Part shown: positions 48,547 to 60,027 of the stretch, one piece after another | Numbering within the stretch: the first letter of the stretch is position 1 | Layout of the letters: every line of letters starts with the position of its first letter | Assembly (NCBI GenBank): GCA_002269645.1 | Contig: NIVC01000573.1 | Location: 124,001-188,000, forward strand | Origin: Macrostomum lignano | Lineage: Eukaryota | Length of the DNA: 64,000 bases | Reading direction: 5' to 3' | The notes under the pieces: generated by a model | The model's input: only the letters and a program-made list of their open reading frames with translations | Databases searched by the model: none | What the model was told of the DNA's origin: nothing | Program-made: the position numbers and the translations under genes

Positions 48547-51500
48547 TCATCGCATGCGGAAGGCCTCGGTGTCCAGGCGGCCCTTCAGCACGCCCGACAG
48601 CAGCGCTTCGACCTGCAGCGCCGTCACCCCGGCCGGCAGTCGCGCCAGCGCCTTGGCGTCGGCCTCGCAGGTGAACACGAGGCTGCAGGCTTTGAATGCC
48701 GCCGCACCGACTCCGACGAAGCGACCGCCGGCGCTGGCGACGATCTGGGCGAGACTGGCCGGGTCCGGCCGGACGGACGGCGTGGCGGCCACGGTCTGGC
48801 CGGACAGCAGCTGCTGGCCGCGGCGCGCCCGCTCGCAGACTTGTGTCAGGTTGACGCCGAAGTCGGCCTCTCCGGCCACCGGGTAGCCGGCGGCGGAGTC
48901 GAGAAAGCGGCCGGCCGAGCGGCTGTCCGTCAGCCAGTCGACGCTGACGACGGGGACGCCGCGGGCCACGCAGCAGAGCAGCTTTACGGTGCGCCGTACC
49001 CGGTCTGTCACCAGGTGCGTCGCCTCTGACGGCACCTCGGTCACCCGGCCGCCGAGGCGCCGGACAATCGGCGCCAGAGTCGCCTCGTCGACGCCGGTGA
49101 ACATCACCGCAACGCTGTCCGCTGCATCGGCGGCGGCGGCGGCGGCCTTCCTCGAGGTCGACCGCTTCCTTGCCGGCTCGTCGGCTTCGGCCTCGTCGCC
49201 GACACTCGTCGCGCGCTTCCGTGGCCGTCTGTTTGACGCGCTCCCGACTTCGCTGCCGCGCGTGGACGAAGCACCGTCGTCGTCGTCGTCCACGGAAGCA
49301 GTCTTTGTTTGGCGACCTCGCCTGCCGCGGGAAGTCGTCGACGACCTCTCAGAGGCGGACTGGCTGGCCGCTCCGTCAATAGATGGTTCCTCGGCAGGAG
49401 CGCTAGTCTTTGTTTGACTCTTTGTCACTCTGCCCCTACCGCGAGATTTCTTAGAAACAACCGATTCCGATTCTTGGTTCACCGAGTTCTCTGCAGGTTT
49501 GGCCTCTGTAGCCTCCGTCTTTGTTTGACTCTTTGTCGCTCTGCCCCTACCGCGAAAGGTGGATTCTGGTTCCTGCTTCGCTGAATCCTCCGCAGGACCA
49601 GCTTCCGCACTAGCACCGGTCTTTGTTTGACTCTTTGTCACCCTACCTCGAGATTTCTTAGGCACGGTGGTCGCAGCGGCTTGGCTTGTTGAAGTCGACG
49701 CGTCGGATGGCTCGTCTAAATCAGCAGTCTTTGTCGTCCGGCCCCTGGCTGGCCTGCCGCGGGCCCGTTTCGTTACGCCAGCTTCTGAAGTTTGCGATTC
49801 GGACGCTTCGGACACTTGAGACTCGCCTTTCTCACTGGCTGCGCTGCTAGTCTTTGTTTGACTCATGGATAGCCTGTCAGCCTGTATTTCTCCTACATCT
49901 GAGCTAGCAGTCTTTGTTGCTGCAGGAGAGCCGCAGGGACCAGCGCCTGCCAAAGCATTGCAAGGCGACGCAGAGGCTCGAGTCGGTCTGCCTGGAGAAG
50001 GGCTGGGACTCCCGCGCGCGCTCCTCCTGGCAGAGATTGAAGCCGGCGAGGCGCTGTCGCCTGGTGCCGGGTCAGTCGTCAGTTTGATGGACTTTGCCTG
50101 AGCGGGAGACCCTGGGCCTACAGCTTCACCGCCAGCTGCATCGGCTGAGCAGCTGCCGGCATCGGGGAGAGAAGAGGCAGCTCGGGATCGCTTAGCAGGT
50201 CTTCCACTGCCGTCACGGACTGCGTCGCTTCCGGCCACTTCCGGTTTCGTACTTGCACATCCAGTTTGACCAGCCTGCTGACTTATTTTGCCTCTGTCGC
50301 TTCCGGCCACTTCCGGCTTTGGACTGTCCTCTCTGGTTGCAACAGATTGCCTGGCACCTCTCCCTCTTCCTCTCCCTCTGCCTCTACCGCCGCGGACTGC
50401 GTCACTTCCGGCTACTTCCGGCTCCGCATTATCACTTCCGGTTGTGACAGATTGCCTGGCGCCTCTCCCTCTTCCTCTCCCTCTGCCTCTACCGCCGCGG
50501 ACTGCGTCACTTCGGGCTACTTCCGGCTCTGGACTGTCCTTTGTAGTTGGAACAGATTGCCTGGTGCCTCTCCCTCTACCGCCGCGGACTGCGTCACTTC
50601 CGGCTACTTCCGGCTCCGCATTGTCACTTCCGGTTGTGACAGATTGCCGGGCGCCTCTGCCCCTGCCGCGGCCCCTGCCACCGCCGGGACCGCCCCGACT
50701 GGCCGCTGCAGGTTTGGCAGTCAACGGCAAAGCGAGATGGGCTTTGCTAAGCCAACCGCCGCGATCGGCACCGCTGCTGCCAGAAGCTGCAGACCCCGAC
50801 ACAGCCGGAGCCGCCGCCGCCGATTCCGGACTGGACGGAGACGACGAGGACGGCGACGAATCGATCCGAGGTCGCCGAACGGCGCCGACCAGCCCGCGGT
50901 CGATGGGCAGCGATAGTGAGTCCGATGGCGGCTGGTCGCTCACAGCCGCTTGAGTAGCCTGGCTCAGAAGCTGCGGATCTTCGCTCTCTGCCGCCTTGCA
51001 AGGCGTCTCCGCGACAACATCAGCTTCATCAAATTCGGCCAGCTGCTTGGCTTTGTCAGCCTCAGTCGCCGCAGCCGCCGGTGGCGTGACCGCAGACCCA
51101 GACGGCAGGGCCTGCGTCTCCATGCCGAACAGCGCCGCGTCGTTTTCGTCGTCATCCCCGACGTCCTCCGCCGCCGCCGCGGTCGCAGCCGCAGCCGATG
51201 CGGCCGGAGCGGCCCAGTCCAGCCGCTGGGTCTCGGCTGAGAACAGAGCGGAATCGCCAGCGAAGGAATTTTTAGGCACGGTGCTGGCGTTGCCGTTGGG
51301 GACGTCGCCGAACAGACGGAAAGCGCCCGTGGCAGCGCGCACGGCCGTGGCAGTGGTGACGGCGACGGCATCAGCGGGAGAGGCGGTCGTCAACGGCAAA
51401 GTCTCGTCAAGAGCGCTGGAGTCGGGCAGAGGCGCAGTTTCCTTGATGGCCTCAGTGGGCACCGCCAAGGAGACGTCACGGCTTGTCTGCACCGGCAGCG

Positions 51501-52404
51501 TGTCAGTGGCAGCGGCGATCAAAGACGTGCTGCTGCTGTCGACCACAGCTGCCGTGGCGGCTGGCAGCGGCTCCGTAGCCGCAATGGACGCGCCCTGAAC
51601 GTCCGCATCGTCTTCGTGCAGGCGCTCCGTGGACTGCATGAGCAGAATCGAGTCCGGGACTACAACCGCAGCAGCAGCAGTGGCACACTGCTGATGCGCT
51701 GGAGGCTCATCATCTTGCACGACGTTGCTGTTGTGACTGTCTTCAGCCAGCAGCACCGTGGCAGCAGGGGGCCGGCCATCAGCAGCTGCAGCGGTGGAAG
51801 TCCCAGCATCCTCCTCGATATCCGTCTCCTGGTTGTCGTCGTCCTCGCCTGCCGGCGGCGGCGTTGTCGGCACGAAGAACTGGCTCTGCTCCAGCAGCAG
51901 CGCCTCGCGCGTCTCGTCTCCGCCGCCGTCAGCGTCCTCAGCCAGGAGTCTCGGCGACTGCGGCTGCGGCGACTTTGAAGGCTTGGAAGGTTTGGCCGGC
52001 GGCTTCAGCAGTTCGAAGCGGCACATGACGAAGCCGAACCTCAGCTGGTCGCCATCTCGAAGGTCGTAGCGAATCTCCGGCTTCAGCGGCATGTCGTTCT
52101 TCCTGCTCCGGTTGGTGGAGTGCAGGTCGTACACCAGCTGCTGGCCGCGGCCGAGCTCCAGACAGGCGTGCCGGCCGGACACCGAGGGGTCTTCGATACG
52201 GACATCGCAGGAGTCCATGCGGCCGACCGTGTTCTCGCCGGTGTACAGCGGATGCTGGGCCCCGCCCGCCGGCCCCATCAGCACCAGCTGGGCCAGAGGC
52301 TGGCCTCGGCCGTCAGCGGAGCCATTATTGTCGTCATTGTCAGAGTCGGCGCAGGCGTCGAACTGCTGCGTGCACAGCACCTGAGTGCAGGGGAAGCTGG
52401 CCGC
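48547..52404 (-). CDS. MDC1: Mediator of DNA damage checkpoint 1-like (N-terminal FHA, long disordered S/TQ-rich region, C-terminal tandem BRCT); true start not resolved
   Basis: FHA: GENTVGRMDSCDVRIEDPSVSGRHA..DLHSTN..LRDGDQLRFG. BRCT: VMFTG..LGG..ATHLVTDRVRRTVKLLCCVARGVPVVSVDWL. Probable acceptor TCTTCAG| at 52404; the ORF is open to 52509 but no convincing upstream ATG exon was found. Confidence 0.85.
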   Translation of the reverse strand, partial: AASFPCTQVLCTQQFDACADSDNDDNNGSADGRGQPLAQLVLMGPAGGAQHPLYTGENTVGRMDSCDVRIEDPSVSGRHACLELGRGQQLVYDLHSTNRSRKNDMPLKPEIRYDLRDGDQLRFGFVMCRFELLKPPAKPSKPSKSPQPQSPRLLAEDADGGGDETREALLLEQSQFFVPTTPPPAGEDDDNQETDIEEDAGTSTAAAADGRPPAATVLLAEDSHNSNVVQDDEPPAHQQCATAAAAVVVPDSILLMQSTERLHEDDADVQGASIAATEPLPAATAAVVDSSSTSLIAAATDTLPVQTSRDVSLAVPTEAIKETAPLPDSSALDETLPLTTASPADAVAVTTATAVRAATGAFRLFGDVPNGNASTVPKNSFAGDSALFSAETQRLDWAAPAASAAAATAAAAEDVGDDDENDAALFGMETQALPSGSAVTPPAAAATEADKAKQLAEFDEADVVAETPCKAAESEDPQLLSQATQAAVSDQPPSDSLSLPIDRGLVGAVRRPRIDSSPSSSSPSSPESAAAAPAVSGSAASGSSGADRGGWLSKAHLALPLTAKPAAASRGGPGGGRGRGRGRGARQSVTTGSDNAEPEVAGSDAVRGGRGRGTRQSVPTTKDSPEPEVARSDAVRGGRGRGRGRGRGARQSVTTGSDNAEPEVAGSDAVRGGRGRGRGRGRGARQSVATREDSPKPEVAGSDRGKISQQAGQTGCASTKPEVAGSDAVRDGSGRPAKRSRAASSLPDAGSCSADAAGGEAVGPGSPAQAKSIKLTTDPAPGDSASPASISARRSARGSPSPSPGRPTRASASPCNALAGAGPCGSPAATKTASSDVGEIQADRLSMSQTKTSSAASEKGESQVSEASESQTSEAGVTKRARGRPARGRTTKTADLDEPSDASTSTSQAAATTVPKKSRGRVTKSQTKTGASAEAGPAEDSAKQEPESTFRGRGRATKSQTKTEATEAKPAENSVNQESESVVSKKSRGRGRVTKSQTKTSAPAEEPSIDGAASQSASERSSTTSRGRRGRQTKTASVDDDDDGASSTRGSEVGSASNRRPRKRATSVGDEAEADEPARKRSTSRKAAAAAADAADSVAVMFTGVDEATLAPIVRRLGGRVTEVPSEATHLVTDRVRRTVKLLCCVARGVPVVSVDWLTDSRSAGRFLDSAAGYPVAGEADFGVNLTQVCERARRGQQLLSGQTVAATPSVRPDPASLAQIVASAGGRFVGVGAAAFKACSLVFTCEADAKALARLPAGVTALQVEALLSGVLKGRLDTEAFRMR

Positions 52405-52539
52405 CTGAAGACAATTTTGAGGAAGCTTTGAGTCCGAATTTGGTTTTTTGAGTAGGTGGGCATAACTTGTGAAGGGTACATTGAGGGGATCAGGGACGGT
52501 ACAGCCCAAATTCTGATCCTCGGACTACATATAGAATAG

Positions 52540-53250
52540 GGATCAGTGAGGATAGAATGGGGATCAGTGAGGATAGAATGGGGATGAGTGAGGATAGAAT
52601 AGGGATCAGTGAGGATAGAATGGGGATCAGTGAGGATAGAACGTGGATCAGTGAGGATAGAATGGGGATCAGTGAGGATAGAATGGTGATCAGTGAGGAT
52701 AGAATGGGGATCAGTGAGGATAGAATGGTGATCAGTGAGGATAGAATGGGGATCAGTGAGGATAGAATGGGGATCAGTGAGGATAGAATGGGGATCAGTG
52801 AGGATAGAATGGGGATCAGTGAGGATAGAATGGGGATCAGTGAGGATAGAACGTGGATCAGTGAGGATAGAATAGGGGATCAGTGAGGATAGAATGGGGA
52901 TCAGTGAGGATAGAACGTGGATCAGTGAGGATAGAATGGGGATCAGTGAGGATAGAATGGTGATCAGTGAGGATAGAATGGGGATCAGTGAGGATAGAAT
53001 GGTGATCAGTGAGGATAGAATGGGGATCAGTGAGGATAGAATGGGGATCAGTGAGGATAGAATGGGGATCAGTGAGGATAGAATGGGGATCAGTGAGGAT
53101 AGAATGGGGATCAGTGAGGATAGAACGTGGATCAGTGAGGATAGAATAGGGGATCAGTGAGGATAGAATGGGGATCAGTGAGGATAGAATGGGGATCAGT
53201 GAGGATAGAATGGGGATCAGTGAGGATAGAATGGGGATCAGTGAGGATAG
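52540..53250. repeat. 21-bp minisatellite (GATCAGTGAGGATAGAATGGG)n
   Basis: 7-aa period MGISEDR. Confidence 0.95.
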
Positions 53251-53899
53251 GAAGGGGACTACTATCCTCCAGTGTTAAAGGGACTTGCACTGAGAATAAA
53301 ACAAATGTTGCAAATAAAAAAAACTGAATGCAAACTTAACACGAGTGAAATCTGTAATTCTGAAGCGGTAAATAGCTGTTAGAAGTCACTGACAGTAAAT
53401 ATTATATTAAGTCAAGCAATTAGACAATAATAAGTGGAACACAAATATAAATACATTAACTAGTCAAAATTAGGCTCGAATAACAGAGAGGCTTCCCAAC
53501 ACATGCACGAAAACGGATGCCTTAATGAGCACAGGTACACCTGCACTTTTAGCCGGGAGCCCGGCGATGCCAAAGGAACGAACGGGTACTCATATAACTG
53601 GGTGTAATATAGAAAGGCGGTTCATATGCACGGGAGCAGAAAAATCTCCGAAGCCTCACACAGTGCACGGCATTGTCCGGCTCAACTCCACCTGCTCAAT
53701 TCCATATTTGATGACGTGAAGGGTCACCTGAGTTTAATTCTCTAAGCCCCGGATACAATTATGCGGGAATAATAGACTTAATAAGAACATACCGCATTTG
53801 TAGTTACAATCTCTACTTCTCAGTAGCATGTAAAACCCCCACGATCTCTAGATTAGAGTCTAAGATCCTGAAATTATCAAGCTAAATCCTTAGATCTCC

Positions 53900-54470
53900 T
53901 CGCCACATTCCAAAATCCCCCTCACTAAATCCCAAGATCCCCTCACTAAATCCCAAGATCCCCTCACTAAATCCCAAGATCCCCTCACTAAATCCCAAGA
54001 TCCCCTCACTAAATCCCAAGATCCCCTCACTAAATCCCAAGATCCCCTCACTAAATCCCAAGATCCCCTCACTAAATCCCAAGATCCACTTCACTAAATA
54101 CCAAGATCCCCTCATTAAATCCCAAGACCCCCTCACTAAATCCTAAGATCCCCTCACTAAATCCCAAGATCCACTTCACTAAATGCCAAGATCTCCTCAC
54201 TAAATCCCAAGATCCCCTCACTAAATCCCAAGATCCACTTCACTAAATGCCAATATTCCCACACTAAATGCCAATATTCCCACACTAAATCCCAATATTC
54301 CGACACTAAATCCTAAAATCTCCTTCACTAAATCCCAATATTCCCACACTAAATCCCAAGATCCCCTTCACTAAATCCCAATATTCCGACACTAAATCCT
54401 AAAATCTCCTTCACTAAATGCCAAGATCCCCGCACTAAATCCCAATATCCCACACGGAATCCCAAGATCG
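53900..54470. repeat. 21-bp minisatellite (CACTAAATCCCAAGATCCCCT)n
   Basis: Direct reading; related to the array at 56250. Confidence 0.92.
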
Positions 54471-54490
54471 GGTTTAAACCCGAACCCCAC

Positions 54491-55210
54491 TCAGTTGAAG
54501 AAGTCTGCCACCTCGGCCAGCTCCCGCTCCTTGGCCTGCTGGGCGGCCCAGCGGGACTCCAGCACCTTGGCGGAGGTGCGGAAGCGCTCGTGACAGACCG
54601 GCTGCCCGCAGCCAGCATGCCGGCACGGCTTGCCATCCGGGCTGTACGGTGGCGAAGTCATGTAGGCCTTCAGACAGCCGGCGTGATACAAATGGCCGCA
54701 GGCCACGAACTCCAGCTGGTCGGCGGGGTCCTCGACCGAAGACGCCGTCGCCGTCGCCGCGGCCGCAGTCGCCAAAGCCGGCTTGTCGCAGACGGGGCAC
54801 CGCTGGGTGGCGCAGCTGCGCAGGAAGCTGAAAGCGAATTCGGCAACGGGCAGCAGGCAGGGCGAGGGCTTCCAGGCCGCCGCCTGCTGGCGAAGCTTCT
54901 TGTCCTTGCCACGGTAGCTCGGCGGCTCGACGCAGCGGCGGGCGATCTCAGCGGAGCGGGCGACGGCCTGGCGTGAAACCGATGATGGCAGGTTGGAGGA
55001 GAGCAGCTCCACCTGTCCGAGTGGGGAGATTAGGAGCTCATTTGGCTGCTGATATTGCAGTCTGTCTTAGTGTCTGTCTGTCTGTGTGTCTGTCTGTCTG
55101 TCTGTCTTAGTGTCTGTCTGTCTGTCTTAGTGTCTGTCTGTCTGTGTGTCTGTCTGTCTTAGTGTCTGTCTGTCTGTGTGTCTGTCTGTCTTAGTGTCTG
55201 TCTGTCTTAG

Positions 55211-55279
<69 letters not shown>

Positions 55280-55506
55280 TGGTGTCTCTCTGTCTTAGTG
55301 TCTGTCTGTCTGTCTGTCTGTCTGTCTTAGTGACTGTCTGTCTTAGTGTCTGTCTGTCTTAGTGTCTGTCTGTCTGTCTGTCTGTCTTAGTGTCTGTCTG
55401 TCTTAGTGTCTGTCTGTCCGTCTTAGTGTCTGTCTGTCTTAGTGTCTGTCTGTCTGTCTTAGTGTCTGTCTGTCTGTCTGTCTGTCTTAGTGACTGTCTG
55501 TCTTAG

Positions 55507-55559
<53 letters not shown>

Positions 55560-55632
55560 TAGTGTGTCTGTCTGTCTTAGTGTCTGTCTGTCTGTCTTAG
55601 TGTCTGTCTGTCTGTGTGTCTGTCTGTCTTAG

Positions 55633-55675
<43 letters not shown>

Positions 55676-57200
55676 TAGTGTCTGTCAGTCGCCGGCCTCA
55701 CCTCAGCCCTGGACTCCGGATAGTCATTAGGCAGTGTGAGCTGCAGGCTCAGGCGGTAGCCGGCCTTGGCGGCGGTCAGCTGCACCCGGGACTCGGCCTG
55801 CAGCAGCTTCAGCCGGTCGCCCTCCTGCTTGTCCAGCAGGCGCGATTTGATCTCGGCGATCTCCTCGGCGGCCGAGCAGAGCGGGTTGTCCCGCAGCCAG
55901 TTGTGCACGAAGGCAACCGTGCGGGCGACCTGCGGCCCCCCGGTGGCCTTCTCGGCCTCGGCCTCGGCCAGCTGGGCCAGGCCGTCCGTGAGCTTCTGGC
56001 TGAGCGTCTTGCTGCGGATCTCCGCGACCAGCCGGCTGGCGGGATAGCCCTCGGGTAGGTGGCAGCGCAGGATCAGCGTCTTCTTGGCGGAGAAGCTCAC
56101 CTGATGAGAGCGGGACGCGGGTTATTAACAGCCCCATCAACAGTAGAACATGCTCCTGGACAGACTCAATTAACATAATGTATTTGGTGACGTGCTGAGG
56201 TAATTTGAGGTTGAATTTTTAAATCCCAAGGTGCAATTATGCGACAATCAAATCCCAAGATCCCACACTAAATCCCAAGATCATCACACTAAATCCCAAG
56301 ATCATCACACTAAATCCCAAGATCATCACACTAAATCCCAAGATCATCACACTAAATCCCAAGATCATCACACTAAATCCCAAGATCATCACACTAAATC
56401 CCAAGATCATCACACTAAATCCCAAGATCATCACACTAAATTCCAAGATCATCACACTAAATCCCAAGATCATCACACTAAATCCCAAGATCATCACACT
56501 AAATTCCAAGATCATCACACTAAATCCCAAGATCCCACACTAAATCCCAAGATCATCACACTAAATTCCAAGATCATCACACTAAATCCCAAGATCCCAC
56601 ACTAAATTCCAAGATCCCCACACTAATTCCCAATATTCCCACTAAATCCCAAGATCCCCACACTAAACTCCAATATCCCCACACTAAATCCCAATATCCC
56701 CACAATAAATCCCAACACCCACACAGTAAATTTTAAAATCCTCACACTAAATCCCAATATCTCCACACTAAATCCCAACACCCCCACACTAAATTTCAAA
56801 ATCCCTTCATTAGCATCAAGATCCCGGACTCAATCCAGAGGTGTCTAGCAGATTGAACTGCAAGGGCAGCACCAACTATTACATGAGCATGCGTTCGCCT
56901 CATGCACTCGTATGCTCTTCCCATTCGTTCCACTCCTGTTGGCAATATGATTTGCTGCATTCTATATTGCAATTTCTGCTCTATTGCTCTCAGCAGTTCC
57001 AGCATATCCAAGATAAAATAATGAGACATTTGATTGACAGAACTATAATTATGTTTCCTGCGCACTCTAAAAGTACACCTAGAACTAACCTGAAATCTGA
57101 GCGTGGTGTCCAGCCGCGCCTCCAGTTTCACATTGGGCAGTGGTTTCAGCACGCTCTCCACCTGGGCCAGCTCCTGTTCAGCCTCATCAGACAGCTTCAT
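54491..57200 (-). CDS. Putative E3 ligase-like protein: two RWD-like segments + RING-H2-like finger, 3 exons, ~343 aa
   Basis: Exons 57200-57090, 56100-55702, 55012-54491, all phase 0 GT-AG. Two LPxxYP motifs (LPEGYP, LPNDYP); CPVC...CGHLYHAGC...CRHAGC; C-terminal WAAQQAKERELAEVADFF. Confidence 0.8.
55045..55687. repeat. (TCTG)n microsatellite with TTAGTG interruptions, intron 2 of the RWD-RING gene
   Basis: Direct reading. Confidence 0.95.
56250..56795. repeat. 21-bp minisatellite (CACTAAATCCCAAGATCATCA)n, intron 1 of the RWD-RING gene
   Basis: 7-aa period HTKSQDH. Confidence 0.92.
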
Positions 57201-57308
57201 CTTCAGTTTCCGCTTATGCGAATGGAACTCCGCACTGCTGCACCACTAAAAGCGGTCTGGCGGTGCTGCTGGGGTCCAGTTTCGATTTAGAGGCCTGGGC
57301 GCAGCGAG

Positions 57309-57808
57309 ATGCCTGGAACTGCCGATGCTGCCGTTCTCAATATGCTGCAAAAAGGTGTTTATTGGGAATGTGAAATGTGAATATGCTTAGTGCCTATCAT
57401 GTGTTTATCAATACTTAATCACCTGAGCCTATTATCAGCCCACCTGTTTACACATACCTGTGTCTTATTATCAATATCTATTGACCCGGCCGAAAAAAGG
57501 ACTCATAAAATTAGTTCGGGTAGAAGTCTCTTCAACTTGCATTCATTTAAAGCCTGTTTGGAACAATTCAATGCGGATGAAATCCGACAGCCTGCATTCG
57601 GACTTTCTCGAGCGTTCGATCCGATCAGTACTGATAATCTAGATGATAAATATCCTACTAGATAGTCTATTTATCCATCTCTATACCTATCTATCTATCT
57701 ATCTATCTATCTTCTATCTATCTATCCATCTCTATATCTATTTATCCATCTCTATACCCATCTATCTATCTATCTACCTATCAATCTACCTATCTATCTG
57801 TCTATCTT

Positions 57809-57901
<93 letters not shown>

Positions 57902-58007
57902 CTATCTATCTTCTATCTATCTATCCATCTCTATATCTATTTATCCATCTCTATACCCATCTATCTATCTATCTACCTATCAATCTACCTATCTATCTGT
58001 CTATCTT

Positions 58008-58074
<67 letters not shown>

Positions 58075-58093
58075 GTCTATCTATCTATCTATC

Positions 58094-58136
<43 letters not shown>

Positions 58137-58246
58137 TTATCTATCTATCTTCTATCTATCTATCCATCTCTATATCTATTTATCCATCTCTATACCCATC
58201 TATCTATCTATCTACCTATCAATCTACCTATCTATCTGTCTATCTT

Positions 58247-58284
<38 letters not shown>

Positions 58285-58400
58285 GATATCTACCTATCTA
58301 TCCACCCACTTATGCAGCCATCAATCAGGCCCCTCAGCAACTAATAACAGCGCGAGTAACCCAGACGGGCAATGAGTCACACGACTCCCATAGCAATTGA
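57309..58400 (+). CDS. Tentative 3-exon small gene (~105 aa) head-to-head with the RWD-RING gene
   Basis: Exons 57309-57354, 57439-57627, 58318-58400 with consistent phase-1 junctions but weak donors (GTGTTT, GTACTG); no recognisable domain. Confidence 0.25.
57660..58305. repeat. (TCTA)n microsatellite, compound
   Basis: Direct reading. Confidence 0.96.
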
Positions 58401-60027
58401 ATAATAAATAAGCCCAAAGCCGCCGCAGTGCTGACGACAGCCGCGGCCTAAAAATAGCCTTCAAGTATTAATTTATTAATTAACGGAGGCGAGTAGTGAG
58501 AGCAGCCCCGGACCAGCTAGAATAAGCAGAGCAGCCGCATTGGCAACTGTTGCCACCCAAGTGTATCGAAATACAAGGCAGCCCCAACTTGGATATTTGA
58601 AATTGGCGCGTAAGCAGGAAAAAAACAGATTTAAAGAAAGAAAACTGATCACAACGCCTACACAAGGCAAGCGCTAGAAAAAAACACTTACTGCGAAGCG
58701 CGTCTGCTTGCTTGTCTGCCCTGCAGCCGAAATATAATAGCGATAAAAATCGATAAAAAGCACTCCAGTTGTTTCTATAATAAGCAGATAGAACCATTGA
58801 CCAATAGGCATTAAGACAGCAAAAAACCCAAGCTCTATTTATAATCTGCTCTAAGACTCATCCCCCCAGGCAAGCATATTCGATATTTGAAGGCCGATTT
58901 TTGTCTCACCGAGCGAGACAAATATTCTAAGAAAGAGACAGCTTTTTTCCAAGGACCACTAGAAGAAGAAGGACGGGACACTTCGTTTCTTGGAAAATTT
59001 ATTAAAGGCTGATTTTTACGGAAAAATGCACTAGCGAGATAGGAACTTTTCACTTTTTTCACTTTAAAATGGTGATAGCTTTTTATTAGAAGCAGATACA
59101 AAGCTCTTCTTTTGATATAACTTTCAAAACATGTTGCTTCAACGGATTTTATAAAGAATTTTTTACAATTAATTGATCTTCATATTATTTTAGTTACTAG
59201 CTATATCATGCAGCCCCAGGGCGGGGCCAGACAGGAGAAGAAATTTACAAAGGATAACACGAGAAAGAGAATATTTCATTATGCAGCCAGCAGAGAGCCC
59301 GATGGATGGCTGGATCAAAAGCAATAAAAGTGCAATCCGAGGAGCCTCATCGATTTTGGGGCGGTGTTCCGCGGGGCCGACTCGCCGACAATATCGAAGC
59401 TTTATAGGGAAATTTTATGCATAGTCTGCGCGCATAAAATTGCTAGCCAAATGGATGAGGCGAAGGCGCACGGGCCAGGGGGGACTATACCAAGTGATTA
59501 CCCAACTGTAACTGCATCATTAGCAATAAAATGCTAGTCTTCATCTGCCAACATGGATGGGGCCGCGGGGTCTGGAACGAGTCAGCTGCAGAGTGGCTGC
59601 AGACAGAATGACTTAAATTGAATTCCTTCAAACTACAAAACCTTTTCGTTCACTGAAGTTTTTCTTTATGGTAAGTAGCCAAATTGATAGTCTATGGTCT
59701 CGGGTGCGAATTCAGAATGTTGAAGCTCAGGTACAAGTCGATACAGTGGCAGCACGAGGCCAGCTGTTTAATGTAAAAGCCTGGGGGACAAAAGTTTTGC
59801 GGGAACACAGCTGTCTATGGTAAATTTGAAATAGTCTAGCAGATAAGACCAAATGAATTGCAAATGGTAGATTAATATATCAATGCCCCGTGATAATAAA
59901 ATAGTCTATGGCACGAGTGCGCTCAGAATAGAACAGTGATACGATGCCTCCGTATCACGAGGCATCGATATATTAGTGTGATTGTATCTCAATAGTATAT
60001 TTCATAGACAACTCTTCTCTTTCACAC

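Noticed and set aside
48554-52481. Numerous short overlapping ORFs on both strands
   Set aside because: Shadow ORFs of the GC-rich MDC1 coding sequence.
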